Source of the DNA: Candidatus Cloacimonadales bacterium
Lineage (GTDB): Bacteria > Cloacimonadota > Cloacimonadia > Cloacimonadales > JAIOQZ01
Direction: 5' to 3'
NCBI GenBank assembly: GCA_963665815.1
Contig: OY762463.1
Span: 1,344,001 to 1,408,000 of the forward strand
DNA length: 64,000 nucleotides
The notes beneath the pieces are model-generated. The model worked only from the letters and a program-made list of their open reading frames with translations, was not told the DNA's origin and searched no databases. A program made the translations under genes and the position numbers. Below are positions 60,423 to 64,000 of this stretch, piece by piece. How positions within the stretch are numbered: the stretch's first letter is position 1; each line of letters starts with the position of its first letter.

Positions 60423-61481
60423 TTCAGATTTTTCTCTCACTTTCTCAAGATATTCTCTTGTTTCCTTATATGGTATGTCTTTTCTCAGCATACTGTATAC
60501 ACCTTTTGCAGTCAGTTTATTGACTCTTTCATTGAAGACTCTGTTTGCTTTCTTAACTCCCGAAAACAGTTTGAGGACTGTACCCGGACCGGAGTTATAA
60601 CCACAGATCATACAGTAATATCTACTTTTAACATTGCTTACTTCTCTAAAGAACCGTTTTTCAATATAAGCCAGATAACCCGTCCCCATTTCAAGATTAA
60701 CATCAACTCTGAACAAACTTGCCTTATCTGGTTCAGAGTCTTTATTATACATGATTTTATTCATTGTTTTTCCTGCGTAACGAGGTACAATCTGCATAAG
60801 ACCAACAGCCCCGCTTTTCCTGTTATATGCCTTAGGATTAAAGTATGACTCCACGTGTATTATCCCCATGACAAGAGCAGGATTCAACTGATATTTCTTG
60901 CATAATTTTTCCACATGCGAAACATACTTTTCAGCCCGAATTCTCAAGTGATCACTTTTCAGTTTCAGTATAATCCTGTAGCTCGTACCCTTTCGATTAA
61001 CACTTTCTGTAATGTTCTGTTTGACAACGTCTTCAATCGCTTTTTGATCAGGAAACTGCTCCAATTTTCCTTTCAGCTGCCTCGTCAGAATCTTTTCTCC
61101 GGTCTCATCCTTTGACTCAATTATTTTTTTAAGGGACTCCCCAAGTTTTCTACCTGCAGCAACTTTTCCTGAAGTAGTAGCAGGATCCCCCACTGTCTCA
61201 ATGATTATTTCACCATTCTTGAAATCTACTATTGATCGTGTATGATTATCATTATAGTATTCCACCCATTGTGATTGTGTACTTTCTCTGAACTCATCCC
61301 AGAGTTTTTCAATCTCAGCTTTATAGTCATTAAACTCAGATTCAGCTTTTCTTTCATGCTCCTTGAATCTATCTTCAGCCATCTTCTTATAAGCAGAAAA
61401 GTTCTCCTCAGCAAAACACTGAAGAGAACTTATTATAATAAGGAATAATATTAATATTTTAGTGACCACAGCTACATTCAT
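60405..61481 (-). CDS. mltC: MltC-like lytic murein transglycosylase (DUF3393 + SLT)
   Basis: RSIVDFKNG.I.IET, IIHVESYFNPKA, AVGLMQIVP, YNSGPG, ETREYL.KV. Confidence 0.75.
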   Translation of the reverse strand: MNVAVVTKILILFLIIISSLQCFAEENFSAYKKMAEDRFKEHERKAESEFNDYKAEIEKLWDEFRESTQSQWVEYYNDNHTRSIVDFKNGEIIIETVGDPATTSGKVAAGRKLGESLKKIIESKDETGEKILTRQLKGKLEQFPDQKAIEDVVKQNITESVNRKGTSYRIILKLKSDHLRIRAEKYVSHVEKLCKKYQLNPALVMGIIHVESYFNPKAYNRKSGAVGLMQIVPRYAGKTMNKIMYNKDSEPDKASLFRVDVNLEMGTGYLAYIEKRFFREVSNVKSRYYCMICGYNSGPGTVLKLFSGVKKANRVFNERVNKLTAKGVYSMLRKDIPYKETREYLEKVREKSELFGGF

Positions 61482-62769
61482 TTTCAGGAGGAAATTCTTC
61501 CAGGTTCTTAATCAGAGCTTTTACAGGTTCAAGCTTAAGAGCTGTTCCCGCCTGAATTGCAGAAAGTATTGTTCCTCCACCTGTGAAGAAATAAAAACTG
61601 CTGTCATTATCAGCTCTGAGATAATATTTTGGAACCAGATATTTAAATTCCTGAATAGTATCTCCACCACCAAACAACTTTATAGCTTCCTTGTTTCCGC
61701 AAATTCTCTCATACATTTCCTGTGTACCTTCATAAAATAAAGGTGTCAGACCCATAACTGCGTTTGTAAAAATAGTTTTTGCATTAGAAATAGCATCTGA
61801 AATTTTCTCATCATCAAATGATTTAGGATCGATATCCAGAACAAAATTATATTCTTTTTTATCATTAATATGATAAGTTCTACAAGTATCTTCAGATTTT
61901 TCATCAAGAGTATCTGATTCTACAATATACTGAGGTTCAAGCACGGCACCCGGATATTTCTCTGCCATATCAATAAAAGCTTTTGCAGATTTTATATCAT
62001 TTTCCGATATTCCTTTTATCTTTATGCCATATTTTGCACACAGATACGCATTGTAAATTACACCACCAAGAAGAAGGTGGTCTACTTTCTCAAGGAGGAC
62101 TTCCAAAGGACCGATTTTTGTATCGAATTTCGAACCGGCTACAATGGCAAGAAAAGGTTTATCCGCATTGAAAATCTTTTCCAGATTTTCGATTTCCTTT
62201 TGATACAATAGCCCGGCAAAAGACGGGATGAACTTTGCTGGCATAACGGTTGAGACATGAGGTTGCCAGGAACCGAAAGCATCATTCACAAAAATATCTG
62301 CCAGACCGGCAAATTCCCTGCCAAGTTGCTCTGCACGTTCCCCCTTCTCTTCTTCCGCTGTAAACCAACGGCAGTTAGGAAGATAAATACCGTCATACTT
62401 ACCCTGAGCGAGCTCAAGCAAATGAAGATTTATTGACGTATCAATGCAGGAAATTCCTTTAGATGTTACATGCTTAAGTTCCGGAACATAAAAATTCAAA
62501 TTGAACTTCTTTTTCAGATAGTTAACAATAGGCTGTACAGATGTTTTTTCATCAATAGTAATATCACCTGTATTCTTATCTTTTGGTCTGCCAACGTGAG
62601 ACATAAGAACCGGAATTCCCCCATTCTTCAAGATATGGATTATTGTAGCCACTGAAGCATCTATCCTCAGTGCATCTTTAATCTTGCCTTTTTTGACAAC
62701 ATTGTGATCGACTCTGACAAGGACAACTCGTGAAGCAAGATAAGTGTCCTGTATCAACGGTACTTTCAT
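61459..62769 (-). CDS. pgk: Phosphoglycerate kinase (divergent)
   Basis: VLVRVDHNV, LRI, MSHVGRP, FVNDAFG, LDIDP, GGGDT, TGGG. Confidence 0.85.
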   Translation of the reverse strand: MKVPLIQDTYLASRVVLVRVDHNVVKKGKIKDALRIDASVATIIHILKNGGIPVLMSHVGRPKDKNTGDITIDEKTSVQPIVNYLKKKFNLNFYVPELKHVTSKGISCIDTSINLHLLELAQGKYDGIYLPNCRWFTAEEEKGERAEQLGREFAGLADIFVNDAFGSWQPHVSTVMPAKFIPSFAGLLYQKEIENLEKIFNADKPFLAIVAGSKFDTKIGPLEVLLEKVDHLLLGGVIYNAYLCAKYGIKIKGISENDIKSAKAFIDMAEKYPGAVLEPQYIVESDTLDEKSEDTCRTYHINDKKEYNFVLDIDPKSFDDEKISDAISNAKTIFTNAVMGLTPLFYEGTQEMYERICGNKEAIKLFGGGDTIQEFKYLVPKYYLRADNDSSFYFFTGGGTILSAIQAGTALKLEPVKALIKNLEEFPPENECSCGH

Positions 62770-62995
62770 TTTTCCTCCAGAAAGAAATTATTCATTTTTC
62801 ATGTTGAATAACATTAAAATTCTTTAAACATCTGTATTAATATTGTCAAGTTTTATAAGGATATTTCATAAATAAAATATCTTAACCTACGGAAAAGTTA
62901 ATAACATAACTAAATCGTTGTTTTTTACACGATTACAGTTGACTAAAAAACATCACTTAAAAATATTCTGTTCCGAAACCTGTAAGGAGAAACAA

Positions 62996-63967
62996 ATGAG
63001 TTATAAGAAACCTGAAATTATGCTTATGCCTGCATTGAGAATTCTCGGTATTACCGGACTACAGGAAGGTAAAGAAGACGCAATGCCTTTTTTGATGAAT
63101 GAATTGAGAGATATGAAATATCTGGAAAGACTCAATAAGCATACCGAATCAGAAACCTTTTACTATGCTACCTATAACTACAGTTTTGAGAATTCCGGGT
63201 ACTCCACCGAATGCGTTCTTGGGAAAAGAATCTCAAAAGATATACATGTCCCCGAAGGATTAACCATAGTTGATTTCCCGGAACGTCTTGTTGCAAGATT
63301 CCACCATGATGGCAGAATTGAAGGTAAAGAAGATATTTATGACTATATATTCTCTGAATGGATTCCCGATAGTGGGTTTGAGTTTGCCGATATCTTTGAG
63401 ATCGAAGAATTCCGAGTTAATGATGAAACAGGAGAATCAGAAAAAGGCATGTGTATTTGCCTGAGTATTAATCCTGTTGGTGAGCATGTAGATTATCCTG
63501 ATCCTGAAATAGTCTGGCTTGATAAAATGTATGTAGCCGGATTCACAGTTAAGGAACTGCCTTATGAAAATGCATCACTTAAGATGTGGAACAAACTCTA
63601 TAAAACCAATCTAAACCTCAGCAGCAAAGAAGACTTCATTTTAGGCATAAACCATAACATGGAAAAAGACAGTCCCGAAAATATCAGAGATTACCTGATA
63701 GGAAAAATTGTTGATAAAAATCAAAAGCTCCCGGAAGGTATGAGCCTCATAAAAATTCCCAAACAACAATATGCCCGATTTATACTGAAAGGTCACCTTT
63801 CCAAGATTACTGATCTTTATGAATATGCAGTTCTGCAATGGATTGACAACTCTAAATACAAGTACAGCGGTACATTTGAGATTGAGAAATATCCTGCAGA
63901 TTATGACGTAAAATCTGATGAAGCAGAAATGGAGCTCTACATCCCTGTAATGCCAGCAAGATTTTAA
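62996..63967 (+). CDS. Tandem GyrI-like small-molecule-binding domain protein
   Basis: Two repeats of PEG.....P....ARF...G......Y.Y....WI..S......FEIE; start at ATG 62996 (AAGGAG SD). Confidence 0.82.
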   Translation: MSYKKPEIMLMPALRILGITGLQEGKEDAMPFLMNELRDMKYLERLNKHTESETFYYATYNYSFENSGYSTECVLGKRISKDIHVPEGLTIVDFPERLVARFHHDGRIEGKEDIYDYIFSEWIPDSGFEFADIFEIEEFRVNDETGESEKGMCICLSINPVGEHVDYPDPEIVWLDKMYVAGFTVKELPYENASLKMWNKLYKTNLNLSSKEDFILGINHNMEKDSPENIRDYLIGKIVDKNQKLPEGMSLIKIPKQQYARFILKGHLSKITDLYEYAVLQWIDNSKYKYSGTFEIEKYPADYDVKSDEAEMELYIPVMPARF

Positions 63968-64000
63968 TCAAGTGTTAAACTTGTTCAGTTATGAGTATTT

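Noticed and set aside
584-63838. Short antisense or out-of-frame ORFs in the track (e.g. 58090-58683, 5722-6186, 14930-15361)
   Set aside because: Shadows of well-supported genes, with no motifs or SD.
1-64000. CRISPR array, rRNA, tRNA, intact transposase, integrase or prophage
   Set aside because: No regularly spaced repeats, RNA-gene signatures or such proteins were seen.

Overview
AT-rich bacterial window, probably Candidatus Cloacimonadota or a related FCB-group lineage. This is inferred from three secreted proteins ending in the 'YPNPFNP-T-I-F...IYN-KG-K...W-G-D...G-YF...K(M)' FlgD-Ig/T9SS-like C-terminal domain. Recognisable genes include dnaX, udk, tex, a divergent pgk, mobB, an mltC-like transglycosylase and several transporters, methyltransferases and TPR histidine kinases. 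The main result is at 38.1-47.2 kb. A P3-less Moco-family riboswitch (the predicted tungsten-cofactor, Tuco, type) has a readable SD-sequestering expression platform. It heads a nine-gene operon: a complete ECF importer (S, A, A', T), a TonB-dependent receptor, an alkaline-phosphatase-family lipoprotein, and exported proteins carrying about 8 apparently non-catalytic molybdopterin-binding-like domains in total. I infer an undescribed Moco/W-cofactor (or pterin) scavenging system. Also present: a four-gene DUF6754-type membrane module coupled to mobB, a Cys-rich uORF abutting a giant GNAT gene, two kinds of MITE-like elements, a tandem DUF4139 duplication with a charge-swapped loop, a frameshifted GT-C pseudogene, and an islet with a UDG-like gene and two immunity-like paralogs. 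All family calls come from motif recognition by eye; no searches were run.
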